This document shows positions 47,204 to 57,100 of a stretch of 64,000 nt of DNA, in pieces; the stretch's first letter is position 1; every line of letters starts with the position of its first letter. Made by a program: the position numbers and the translations under genes. The notes beneath the pieces are model-generated. The model saw nothing but the letters and a program-made list of their open reading frames with translations. It had not been told where the DNA came from and did no database searches. This DNA comes from an uncultured Bacteroidales bacterium (lineage in GTDB: Bacteria; Bacteroidota; Bacteroidia; Bacteroidales; P3): positions 8,458-72,457 of the forward strand of contig CALGGY010000155.1 of assembly GCA_937915785.1 (NCBI GenBank), in the 5' to 3' direction.

Positions 47204-47764
47204 TTAGTGTGATAGTGCTGAATTGCTTGTGACATTAGTTGATGTGCATGGCAGGTGTTTTGTTATATCCGATATTGTTGATATGATTGTTCCGCCATTA
47301 TTTTTGTTGTCACAATCTCGCCATTCAATAGTTATTTGATAGGTTTTTGAAGTCCCGCAGTCTTTAGTTACGATTTTTTTTGTCATACTGCCGTTGGCCA
47401 TGCCGTTTTGGATTTGTTCCTCAATGTTTGTCAGCATTTGGTCTTCAGTATTGTCGAGTAGTGTGGTCAAGTCTCCGCTTATGTTATAACTTGGGCTATA
47501 TTCGGTAGGCCCTCTGCGGCATTTTTCCCAGCCGCCTTTAAGGCACTCAACATGGTATTCATGTATCACCGTGTTGTCTAGTTTTCTTATGGAATACGTG
47601 GTATTTACTTCTTTGTATCTAACACCAAGAAACAAGCGATACACTCCACCATCCTTGGTGTATGTGGTCTTACGTATCACTTCTTTGTCGTCTTTTGCAT
47701 TTGTTTTTGTTGAATATCCTATGAAAATAGAGAATATTAAAAATATTGCTATTATTTTTTTCAT
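47204..47764 (-). CDS. Small secreted Cys-containing protein of unknown function
   Basis: The 186-aa ORF has the signal peptide MKKIIAIFLIFSIFIGYSTKTNA and five Cys in the mature part. It is the first gene of the cluster. Confidence 0.68.
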   Translation of the reverse strand: MKKIIAIFLIFSIFIGYSTKTNAKDDKEVIRKTTYTKDGGVYRLFLGVRYKEVNTTYSIRKLDNTVIHEYHVECLKGGWEKCRRGPTEYSPSYNISGDLTTLLDNTEDQMLTNIEEQIQNGMANGSMTKKIVTKDCGTSKTYQITIEWRDCDNKNNGGTIISTISDITKHLPCTSTNVTSNSALSH

Positions 47765-47984
47765 TTCGAATAAGTTTTAAAAGTTTTTACTGATTTTTTT
47801 TGTAAATTGCCCTATGATTTGCCTGCGGTTTTGCTCGCAGGCTAACTCAGGATAAAGCTTGGGGTTTTGAGCGTTTGACATAGCAAATGCAGTTGGAGAA
47901 GTTGTGGGTGTCGTGTTTTTTATTCGAAATGTGTATGAGATATGTGCAAAAGTGCTTAATTATTACTGCTATATTGTAGTAAGT

Positions 47985-47994
47985 GGGGGGGGGG
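47985..47994. repeat. G10 homopolymer (C10 on the transcribed minus strand) in an intergenic leader
   Basis: Read directly as agtaagt-GGGGGGGGGG-tatttta. It lies 221 nt upstream of the ATG at 47764. Confidence 0.9.
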
Positions 47995-48061
47995 TATTTT
48001 ATTGAATATCAATAAATTGCAATAAGTATTCATTGTATTATTTCGTGTTCGTTCCTTTCAA

Positions 48062-48069
48062 CAAATATA
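48062..48069 (-). promoter_or_regulatory. Candidate -7 promoter box (TATATTTG on the minus strand) upstream of the C10 tract
   Basis: Matches TAnnTTTG, with 67 nt between the box and the homopolymer. It shares the context aaatgtata with the box at 33926-33933. Confidence 0.35.
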
Positions 48070-48109
48070 CATTTTATTTTTGAATAAAAGAATATTATTA
48101 GAAAAAAAA

Positions 48110-49963
48110 TTATCTGAAACTTTGCATATCCACCAGTTTTTTGTAGATACCGTTTCGCGCAATAAGTTGCTGGTGTGTGCCGGTTTCCACAATATTGCCG
48201 TGGTCGAGTACCACTATGTTGTCGGCGGTGGCAATGGTGGAGAGGCGGTGGGCAATAACTATGGCGGTGCGGTTGGCAAGCACACGGTTGAGGGCCTCCT
48301 GCACAAGGCGTTCCGATTCGGTGTCGAGGGCGGAGGTGGCCTCGTCGAGGATAAGAATGTCGGGGTTGGAGAGTATGGCGCGGGCTATGCAAAGGCGTTG
48401 GCGCTGCCCGCCGGAGAGACGGTCGCCACAGTCGCCGATGTTGGTTTGGTAGCCGTTGTCGAGTTGCATGATAAAGTCGTGGGCGTTGGCCACGCGTGCC
48501 GCCTGTTCCACCTGCTGCTGTGTGGCACCCGGGCAGCCGAAGGCTATGTTTCCGGCCACGGTGTCGTTGAACAGCACGGTGTCCTGCGACACTATTCCTA
48601 TGTGGCTGCGAAGCTGGCTTATGGAGTACTGCCGTATGTCGGTGCCGTCGATAAGCAGTTGTCCCGATGTGCAGTCGTGGAACCGTGGCACAAGGTCGGC
48701 AAGGGTGGATTTGCCGGAACCCGAAGGCCCCACAATGGCCACTGTTTCGCCGCGGCGGACGGTGAGGTTTATGTCTGTAAGCACTTCGGTGCCGGCATTA
48801 TACGCAAACGACACGTTTTTGAACTCTATCGACTGGGCAAGTCCGCCAAAAGGTTGTGGATCAACTATTTCGGTAACGGTGTCGGGGGTTTGGAGCAGAT
48901 CGTCGAGGCGCTGGGCGCAGGCGGTGCCTTTCTTTATCTGCGACATTGCGGTGGAAAAATCCTTGGCGGGATTTATCATCAGCACAAAAAGCATGATATA
49001 TGTGATGAACAGCTCGGGAGTTAGGCCTGAGTCGTGGTTGAACACAAGGTACGATCCGAAAATCAGTATCACTATCACCATGGTGTTGCCCAAAAAGTCG
49101 CTCACTGGCGAAGCAAGGTCTATGCGGCGGTAGATTTTGTTGCGCAAGCGTGTGTACGATTGGTTGAAACGTTGGAACCGCTCGTTGGAGAAATCTATTG
49201 CCGTAAAGGATTTGATGATACGCAGCCCCGAAATTGTCTCCTCAGTAAGGGAGGTGAGATATGAGGTCCGCTGCTGCAGTTCGGTGGATTTGCGGCGCAG
49301 ATGACGTGTGAGGCGCGAAACAACAAATGCTATCACCGGAAGCAGCAACAAAGCGAAAAAAGTCAGTTTTACGTTGATATACAGCAACATAAGCAGGTAC
49401 ATAATGATTGTTACCACAGCTATCACCAGCTGCTGTATGGAAAGCATTATGTTTTCGTCGTATTCCACCACATCGTTGCTAAACCGCGACAGGATATCGC
49501 CTTTGCGCGAGGCGGAGAAATAGGAGAGCGGCAGTCGGGCTATTTTTGCGTAAAGTGCGTTGCGGATGTCGCGGACCACGTAGGAGCGCACCCTGCCGAT
49601 AAGCACAATGGACGGGTACGAGAACAGGTTTTTGAGCAGGTACTGCGAACAGAGAAGCAACGAAAACAGCATCACTGCCTTGGATTGGCCAAAGCCTATC
49701 AACCAGAAATAGAGCTTGTTGAGCCAATAGTTGAGGGTGTATCCATCGGCGGAAGCTTCGGCAACAGCCTGAGTTCCTTCGGGTGGGAACAGGATTTTCA
49801 GAAAATCGGTGATGGACAGTATGGTAGTGAGGGTGAAAAACACCGAGAACACCGTGAGCAGGGCATACAAAGCCAGATGGCCGCCGTATGGTTTCAGAAA
49901 ACGTTTTGTAAAACCTTTGGTGGCCGACACTTTCGCCTTGTCGGTGTTTTTCTGTTTTGCCAA
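48110..49963 (-). CDS. ABC transporter permease/ATP-binding protein (MsbA-like exporter)
   Basis: The 617-aa ORF has six N-terminal TM helices, Walker A GPSGSGKST, the signature LSGGQRQR and Walker B ILILDEATSALD. Confidence 0.93.
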   Translation of the reverse strand: MAKQKNTDKAKVSATKGFTKRFLKPYGGHLALYALLTVFSVFFTLTTILSITDFLKILFPPEGTQAVAEASADGYTLNYWLNKLYFWLIGFGQSKAVMLFSLLLCSQYLLKNLFSYPSIVLIGRVRSYVVRDIRNALYAKIARLPLSYFSASRKGDILSRFSNDVVEYDENIMLSIQQLVIAVVTIIMYLLMLLYINVKLTFFALLLLPVIAFVVSRLTRHLRRKSTELQQRTSYLTSLTEETISGLRIIKSFTAIDFSNERFQRFNQSYTRLRNKIYRRIDLASPVSDFLGNTMVIVILIFGSYLVFNHDSGLTPELFITYIMLFVLMINPAKDFSTAMSQIKKGTACAQRLDDLLQTPDTVTEIVDPQPFGGLAQSIEFKNVSFAYNAGTEVLTDINLTVRRGETVAIVGPSGSGKSTLADLVPRFHDCTSGQLLIDGTDIRQYSISQLRSHIGIVSQDTVLFNDTVAGNIAFGCPGATQQQVEQAARVANAHDFIMQLDNGYQTNIGDCGDRLSGGQRQRLCIARAILSNPDILILDEATSALDTESERLVQEALNRVLANRTAIVIAHRLSTIATADNIVVLDHGNIVETGTHQQLIARNGIYKKLVDMQSFR

Positions 49964-49970
49964 AGAATAG

Positions 49971-51317
49971 CTATTTTAGTTTCAAACCTACGTAGTTGTG
50001 GGGTGTTATCTGGCGTATGCGCTGTTTCACTTCGTCACTCACGTCGAGGGTTTCCACAAAGTCGGCAATGGTTTGCGCGTTCACTTTCGAGTTGGTGCGG
50101 GTGAGCTGTTTCAGAGTTTCGTAGGGGTTGGGGTAGCCCACGCTGCGCAGTATGGTTTGTATGGCTTCGGCCACCACAGCCCAGTTGTTTTCGAGGTCGT
50201 TGTAGAGTTGCTGTTCGTTGAGGATGAGTTTTCCCAGACCCTTTTCCAATGAGCTAAGCGCAATCAGGGTATGTGCCACCGGCACGCCGATGTTGCGGCT
50301 CACGGTGGAGTCGGTAAGGTCGCGTTGCAGGCGCGATATGGGCAGCTTGTGGGAGAGGTGTTCGAAAATGGCGTTGGCCATGCCGAGGTTGCCTTCGGCG
50401 TTCTCGAAATCGATGGGGTTCACCTTGTGCGGCATTGCCGACGAGCCCACTTCGCCATCCTTTATTTTCTGTTTGAAATACTCCATGGAGATGTATGTCC
50501 AGATGTCGCGACACAAGTCGATGAGTATCACGTTGATACGCTTACAGGTGTCGAAATAGGCGGCCATGTTGTCGTAATTTTCTATCTGCGTGGTGTATTG
50601 CAGGCGCTGCAGGTGCAGGTGGTTGCACACAAAATTGTTGGCAAATTGCTGCCAGTCTATCTCGGGGTATGCCACAAGGTGTGCGTTGAGGTTGCCGGTG
50701 GCGCCTCCGAACTTGGCGTTGAAGGGAATATTCTGGAAATGAGCCATTTGTTGGCGCAGGCGGTAGGCAAACACTTTGAACTCTTTGCCCAATGTGGTGG
50801 GCGATGCGGGCTGGCCGTGGGTGTGTGCCAGCATGGGTATGTCTTTCCACTCGTCGGCTTTGGCGTCGAGCAGGTCGGCTATGTGCGAAATGGCCGGCAG
50901 CAGCACCTCGTCGTGGCAGTTTTTGAGCATCATGGGCATAGAGGTGTTGTTGATGTCCTGCGATGTCAGACCAAAATGTACAAATTCCTTATATTCAACC
51001 AATTGCAACTCATCAAAACGACGTTTGATAAAATACTCCACAGCTTTTACATCGTGGTTGGTTGTTTTTTCTACATCTTTGATTTCCAACGCATTGCTTT
51101 CGGAAAAATTTTGATATATGGCACGCAGTTTGGGATACAGGCTTTTGTCAAAATTTTTCAGCTGAGGCAAAGGCAGCTCGCAAAGTGCTATAAAATATTC
51201 TATTTCCACCGTTACGCGGTAGCGGATAAGAGCCTGTTCGGAGAAATATCCGGCAAGGGGTTCCACTTTGCTGCGGTAGCGTCCGTCGATGGGGCTTATG
51301 GCTTGTAGTGTGTTCAT
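49971..51317 (-). CDS. purB: Adenylosuccinate lyase
   Basis: The 448-aa ORF starts ISPIDGRYRSKV and carries the fumarate-lyase signature region GSSAMPHKVNP. Confidence 0.95.
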   Translation of the reverse strand: MNTLQAISPIDGRYRSKVEPLAGYFSEQALIRYRVTVEIEYFIALCELPLPQLKNFDKSLYPKLRAIYQNFSESNALEIKDVEKTTNHDVKAVEYFIKRRFDELQLVEYKEFVHFGLTSQDINNTSMPMMLKNCHDEVLLPAISHIADLLDAKADEWKDIPMLAHTHGQPASPTTLGKEFKVFAYRLRQQMAHFQNIPFNAKFGGATGNLNAHLVAYPEIDWQQFANNFVCNHLHLQRLQYTTQIENYDNMAAYFDTCKRINVILIDLCRDIWTYISMEYFKQKIKDGEVGSSAMPHKVNPIDFENAEGNLGMANAIFEHLSHKLPISRLQRDLTDSTVSRNIGVPVAHTLIALSSLEKGLGKLILNEQQLYNDLENNWAVVAEAIQTILRSVGYPNPYETLKQLTRTNSKVNAQTIADFVETLDVSDEVKQRIRQITPHNYVGLKLK

Positions 51318-51328
51318 TGCAATTGGTG

Positions 51329-52066
51329 TTATATTGTGTTGTTGAGGAATTCGTTGTTGTCGAGCATTTTACGGAATTTACGGTCTTGGCAGGTATTTAC
51401 AAGGGCTTCGAGATAAGTGCGGTTGTGTATGTCGGTGCCAAGGAATTCGGTCCAGCCGTTGGCCACATACTTGTAGCTTTCGGTAAGTGTGGACTTGCCG
51501 TAAAAACCTCCGAATGAGTTGATGTTCGACTGGAAAAAAACGCCCTGCTCTTTGAGGGTTTTGGGTATTTCGGGATGTTCGTGAAAATAAAGGTAGCGTT
51601 CGGGGTGTGCCAATATCACTTCGTGTCCCATTCTCTGCAGTTCGAAAACCAGTTCGCTCACGCCGAGAATGGCTTGGTTGAAATTGAATTCGATAAGCAG
51701 GTAGTGGTCGTTCATTTTCAGGAAACGATTGGTTTCCATTCGTTTGCGAAATCCGCTATCGACAAGGTATTCGCCGCCCACTATCAGTTCCATGGGCACA
51801 TTGTTTTCGGCCAACACTTTCCGCAGCTCGTCGACGCGGCGCAGAATGTCGTCTTCATCGTTTTGGAACTTGTAGGTCTGGAAATGCGAGGTGAGGCATA
51901 TTTTGGTGTATCCGAGTTCAGCCATCCGGCGGATGCATTCGAGGCTGGTGTCGTAGCTTTGCGAGCCGTCGTCTACCTTGGGTATAAGATGGGAGTGTAT
52001 GTCGGTTTGTATCGCCGCCAGTGCGCCATCGGGGTCGGGAGTTTTGAAAAATTTGTCGAAAATCAC
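51329..52066 (-). CDS. CpsB/CapC-type PHP-domain protein-tyrosine phosphatase
   Basis: The 245-aa ORF carries DIHSHLIPKVDDGS, the CpsB N-terminal metal-binding motif, and AHPERY. Confidence 0.83.
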   Translation of the reverse strand: MIFDKFFKTPDPDGALAAIQTDIHSHLIPKVDDGSQSYDTSLECIRRMAELGYTKICLTSHFQTYKFQNDEDDILRRVDELRKVLAENNVPMELIVGGEYLVDSGFRKRMETNRFLKMNDHYLLIEFNFNQAILGVSELVFELQRMGHEVILAHPERYLYFHEHPEIPKTLKEQGVFFQSNINSFGGFYGKSTLTESYKYVANGWTEFLGTDIHNRTYLEALVNTCQDRKFRKMLDNNEFLNNTI

Positions 52067-52083
52067 TGTTTTACAGGTATTTG

Positions 52084-53385
52084 TCAGTCAATACGTTTGA
52101 TATCGGCACCGATGTTTCGCAACCTTTGGTCGATGTTTTGGTAGCCACGGTCTATCTGTTCTATGTTGTCGATACGGCTTTCGCCGGTGGCGGATAGTGC
52201 GGCTATAAGCAGAGCCACGCCGGCGCGTATGTCGGGCGAGCTCATGCGTATGCCACGCAGGTTGTGTTTGCGGTTGAGGCCTATAACGGTGGCGCGGTGG
52301 GGGTCGCAGAGGATTATCTGTGCGCCCATGTCTATCAGTTTGTCCACAAAGAACAGTCGGCTTTCGAACATTTTCTGGTGTATCAGCACGCTGCCGTCGG
52401 CCTGAATGGCGGTAACAAGGGCTATGCTGATGAGGTCGGGGGTGAAACCGGGCCACGGGGCGTCGGATATGTTCATGATGGAGCCGTCCATAAAGCGCTC
52501 CACGGCGTAGTGTTCTTGCGACGGTATTATCATGTCGCCGTCTTTCTGCCAGATTTCCACTCCCAGCCTGCGGAACACCTGCGGTATCAGTCCCAGATGT
52601 TCGAACCCCACATCTTTCAGGGTTATCTCCGACTGTGTCATGGCGGCCATGCCGATAAAGCTTCCCACCTCAATCATGTCGGGCAGCAGGCGGTGCGAAC
52701 AGCCTCCGAGCGATTCTACGCCGGTGATGGTGAGCAAATTGGACCCTATGCCCGATATTTGCGCTCCCATGCGGTTCAGCATTTTGCACAGCTGGTAGAC
52801 GTAGGGTTCGCAAGCGGCGTTCATTATGGTGGTGGTGCCTTTGGCCAGCACTGCGGCCATCACTATGTTGGCGGTGCCGGTTACGGAGGCTTCGTCGAGG
52901 AGCATGTAGCAGCCGTTGAGCTTGGGCGACTCAATGGTATAGTACTGGTAGTTGTAGCTGATGGTGGCCCCCAGTTTTTCCAAACCAATGAAATGCGTGT
53001 CAAGCCGGCGACGGCCTATCTTGTCGCCTCCGGGCTGTGGGAATACCGCTTTGCCAAAGCGCGACAGCAGCGGTCCTGCAAGCATTATGGAGCCTCGCAG
53101 CTGAGCGGCGGCGGCGCAGAAATCATCGCTGTCGAGGCGTGCAAGGTCGATATTGTCGGACTGAAAAATGTAGGTGTCGGGGAGCGGATGTTCCACTTTC
53201 ACGCCTATAAGCCGCAGAATTTCAATAAGTTTGTTTACATCTCGGATATTCGGTACATTTTCAATGGTTACCTTGTCGGACGTGAGTACCGTGGCGCAAA
53301 TAACCTGCAATGCTTCGTTTTTGGCACCTTGCGGAACTATCACACCTTTCATTTTGTTGCCGCCTGTTATCAAGAAAGAGCTCAT
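52084..53385 (-). CDS. murA: UDP-N-acetylglucosamine 1-carboxyvinyltransferase
   Basis: The 433-aa ORF carries VPQGAKNEAL and PGGDKIGRRRLDTH, the active-site loop with Asp in place of the fosfomycin-target Cys. Confidence 0.95.
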   Translation of the reverse strand: MSSFLITGGNKMKGVIVPQGAKNEALQVICATVLTSDKVTIENVPNIRDVNKLIEILRLIGVKVEHPLPDTYIFQSDNIDLARLDSDDFCAAAAQLRGSIMLAGPLLSRFGKAVFPQPGGDKIGRRRLDTHFIGLEKLGATISYNYQYYTIESPKLNGCYMLLDEASVTGTANIVMAAVLAKGTTTIMNAACEPYVYQLCKMLNRMGAQISGIGSNLLTITGVESLGGCSHRLLPDMIEVGSFIGMAAMTQSEITLKDVGFEHLGLIPQVFRRLGVEIWQKDGDMIIPSQEHYAVERFMDGSIMNISDAPWPGFTPDLISIALVTAIQADGSVLIHQKMFESRLFFVDKLIDMGAQIILCDPHRATVIGLNRKHNLRGIRMSSPDIRAGVALLIAALSATGESRIDNIEQIDRGYQNIDQRLRNIGADIKRID

Positions 53386-53407
53386 GGTTTCCGGATGTTT
53401 TTATAAG

Positions 53408-54115
53408 TTATTTGGAGCTCTGGTGGTTTTTGTTTTTCTTGTTCGATTTCACCTTCACCGAGTTTGCCTGATGTTTTTGGCCCTGTTTTTTCTTAACGCG
53501 GTTTGGGTTTTGACCTTTTGAGCCGTTGGACGCCTGCGAGTTGTTTTCGTACTCTTTGGTGGCGAGCAATTGGAAATCGTCGCGAAGTTTCAGTTTGCCG
53601 GTGCTCAGCTGGTCGAACTGCTCGAAAATAATGTCGTCGCCAACGGTGTTGCGGTTCCAAGTGAGGTAAGAGCGTTTCATCTGGTGTGCGATGAGCTCGA
53701 TAAGGGTTTCCTTTTCCTCACCTTCGTGATATGATGACACTTTTTCGATAAGGTCCTCGAGCACTTTGCCGTAGTGGCGGTAGTTTATCTTGCGGGTGTG
53801 ATATTTGAGCGGCCTGGGTTGGAACGATATGTTGTTTTCGTGCGAAACGGGATAGGGGCTGTCCACATCCAGCTCAAAGTTCGACATCAGAAGCAGGTGG
53901 TCCCACAGTTTGTGTTTGTAGTCGGTTTCTTCCTTCACCTTGGGGTTCACCTGAGCCATCACGTTGACTATGCTGGCGGCCACGGCGTTGCGTTTGTCGC
54001 GGTCCTCTATGGATTTGGCGTAGTCTATCAGTTTGTATATGTTGCGCCCGTAGTCGGTTATCTGCAGTTTGGGCCGTTTTGTGTTATATTCCATTTTTTT
54101 CGGTTGGTATGACAT
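53408..54115 (-). CDS. DUF4290 domain protein
   Basis: The 235-aa ORF carries EYNTKRPKLQITDYGRNIYKLIDYAKSIEDRDKRN and HKLWDHLLLMSNF, which match my recollection of DUF4290, commonly found next to murA. The tail is basic. Confidence 0.8.
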   Translation of the reverse strand: MSYQPKKMEYNTKRPKLQITDYGRNIYKLIDYAKSIEDRDKRNAVAASIVNVMAQVNPKVKEETDYKHKLWDHLLLMSNFELDVDSPYPVSHENNISFQPRPLKYHTRKINYRHYGKVLEDLIEKVSSYHEGEEKETLIELIAHQMKRSYLTWNRNTVGDDIIFEQFDQLSTGKLKLRDDFQLLATKEYENNSQASNGSKGQNPNRVKKKQGQKHQANSVKVKSNKKNKNHQSSK

Positions 54116-54128
54116 TAAGTAGAAAATG

Positions 54129-54136
54129 CAAAGATA
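54129..54136 (-). promoter_or_regulatory. Bacteroidota -7 promoter box (TATCTTTG on the minus strand)
   Basis: Matches TAnnTTTG 14 nt upstream of the DUF4290 ATG, implying a very short leader. Confidence 0.35.
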
Positions 54137-54179
54137 CGATTTTTTTTGCTATTTTTCACTATTATTTTTTGACAATGGT

Positions 54180-57100
54180 TTATTCTTCGCTGTCGCCGGA
54201 GTCCTCTTCTTCCTCAAACATTTCGTCGTCGCCTTCATCTTCGAAAGTTTCCATTTTCTTGGTGAAACGCCCCACTTCGGAAGCATTGGTAACCAGGCGA
54301 TAGCGATAGGTGCCGTCGGAGGTTTTCACCTCGCGGTTCTTGGCTCCGCGTATCAGGTCGTCGAATTCCACAAAGCTCGATTTTATGAGCATCACGTGTT
54401 TGTCGAGGTCGTAGTTAAAATAATACCAGTGGTCCTTGGCTATTTGCAAATAAATGACGAGACGTGTGCCGGTTTTGCGTTTAACGAACTGCATCTTGGT
54501 ACGTACTTTCTTATGTATCTGCATCTTGCCAACGCTGGTGAGGGTGGCGGTGCCGTTGGCGTAGTAGCCGAAGCCCTGCAGGTATTTCCAGTTTATGTTG
54601 CCAAAGAACAGAGTGTGTTTGAACAGGTCGGGCAGTTTGCCGAAGTCGCCGCTGCCCACCAAGTCGTTGTAGGTTTCTTCGCCTTTTTCGCCCATGGCGT
54701 CCATCAGGGCTTTACGCATCATCGGATTTTCGGGGTCGGCCTGGGCCAGACCGAGGTCGTCGGCAATGTACTGTCCCATCATGTTCACAGCCTCTTCGGC
54801 CATCGGAAAATCGAAACCGAACAGCATGTTTATGTTGCAGTCCTCTTTTTTGTCGTCGATGTTGATGCTGCCGTACGAGTAGGTCTTTATTGCCTCGTTC
54901 TGTTTAATTTCGAAATTGAGCTTGCCTTCGCCATACACCTCGCAGGACTGTGTTTTCAGCGACAGGTAGTTGCCCGGCACTTCGGCTATGTTCTCCAGTT
55001 TTTCGTGGCTGCCGATGCGGTATTCCTTACGTATCTTGTCGTAGGTGAGGAATCCCGAAGCGCCCAGTATCTCGTTGTCCACGGCTTTATCCTTGGTAAG
55101 GAAAGCGCTGTAGGGTTTCATGTCGTCGAGGTTGAAGAGCACCGATGCTGTCATGCGGTTGTTCTTGCTGTCGGTGGGAATTTCGGCCACGGGAATTTCG
55201 ATATGTTGCGGGTCGATATTGCCTTTGAAACGCAGGAACCCGAGTTCTTCGCCCTCTTTCACGCAGTTGTGCACCAGCTGCACGCCGCCGGCAAAGATGT
55301 AGTCTTTCTCCTGTGCGTTCACCGTAACGTCGCCCATGTAGCGGAAAGCGGAGCTAAGCTTGAAGTCGGCGCTGTCGCTGATGTAGCCCTTGCCGTAGCT
55401 TGTGCCTTGTGCGTTGGGCATAACGGAGCTGAGGAGTATTTTCTGCACTTTTTTGTCCTCGTCGATATAGTCGATGGTTGCCGAGGCGGAGTACATGGTG
55501 CGCGACGATATGTCGGCGGTGGCGTTGTACATAAGGTGGAACATTTGGTCGGTGTTGGCTACTATGCGAGCTTTTTCGAGCTGTGCCATCTTGCCCTTGG
55601 CCAGTATTTGCAGCGAGTCGCCGTTGGGGGCGATAGCGGCGTCGGCCACATACACGATGAAGGTGTTTTTGGCTGTAAGCCGTGCCTGATTGTAGCGGTA
55701 CACGCCTTCGGTGGAGTAGAAATTGAGGCTGTCGTAGGCTGGCGAGGTGGCCACAAAGAGGGCGCCGGGCTGACCTTTGTGTATGCGTTTGCGGAGGTCG
55801 AGGTTTTCCATGCCGCCGGTGTTCTCCGACTTGCTGTTTTTCAGCGAAAGCTCGTGTTTGTCCATCGCCCATGTGGCTTTGTCGATGTATGCGGCATAGT
55901 TCATCATGGGCAGTGTGGTGCGGTTTATCTCCTCGTTGCTCACAATGTCGCCCTTGCGGTTTTTGTAGTCGATGTTGGTGCGCACGTTGTTGGCCCAGAA
56001 AGCCCAGTCGTCGAAAAGGTCGGATTTGACCCTGAACATCGACTGGCGCGCGTTCATGTCGGTACGGCGCATGTTGAAAGTGTCGGATGTTATCTCGGCG
56101 TCGAGCAGGGTTGCCACTCCCGATCCGGTAAGTCCGCCGGGGCGAAGGGTGAGGCTTCCGGCAAGTTTAGTTTCCTTGTGGTACATGCTGAAAGGAGCCC
56201 CTTTGGCACGCTGGCTAACAATCATTTCATCGCGGTAGGGGTACCAGCGCTGGTTGGCCTTGCCTATCTGGGCGTCGGGGAATTCGGTGCCGCCGGCCAG
56301 CTGTTCCTTTATATAAAAGGTGTCGGTGGTGGCGTACATCGAGTCGGGCAGGAACACAATGTCGTTGGTTTTTGTGGTGGAGCTGAGGTAGGATATTTCG
56401 CCTCTGCCGAGGAAACCTTTGTAGCTCAGGTCGATGGTCTGGTTGTAGTGGCCTTTTCCGCCGTAGAGCGGCAAACCGTTTTTGGGAGTGTTCATCACAA
56501 ATCCGAGCGAGTAGTCGGGCTGCACGCGCAGGGGCTCTTTTATGTCGGGGAAAATGCCTGCCGAGTTGAGGGTGCCGGCAAACACAAGGCTGTCGGTCTG
56601 GAATTTCAGCATTTTTTTGATGGTGAACGGTTCGAGGGTGTAGAAGAAACGGCCGCGCACGTATCCGGGTATGCGCGCTGCCTTGTTGTCGTAATACACG
56701 TAGCTTTTCTGCTTGCTGTTGAAAATGGGGTAGTCCTTGGTACGCTTAAGGCTGGAGTGGTTGTCGGGTGCGTCGATAAGAATTTCGCCAACAAGCTGGT
56801 TTATAGGCGATTTCACACGTTCCCACTTGGGTGGGTTGGTGAACGAGGTTACGGAGAACCACATGGAGTCTATCTGCGGAAGGTCCAGTTTGAACTGGTC
56901 GTAGAGGAAAGTGCTGTTCGACACCACCATTTCGAACCTGCCGGCGTTGATGTATCCGTCGAAAAGTATGTCGCGGTTTTTCTTAACGGTTATTTTCTGG
57001 TCCTTGGGGTAAATGGCCACTTTCTGCGAGTCGCTCACCACAAATTTCTCCACGCCTTCCATTTTCAGGTCGCAGCTCTTGAGGTCGAGCACGGCATTTG

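Noticed and set aside
47777-47881. A 34-codon minus-strand uORF just upstream of the 186-aa gene.
   Set aside because: It has no conservation evidence and no recognisable peptide family (for example no NVEALA-type motif). Short ORFs of this size arise by chance in AT-rich spacers. It is mentioned in the finding but not called as a gene.
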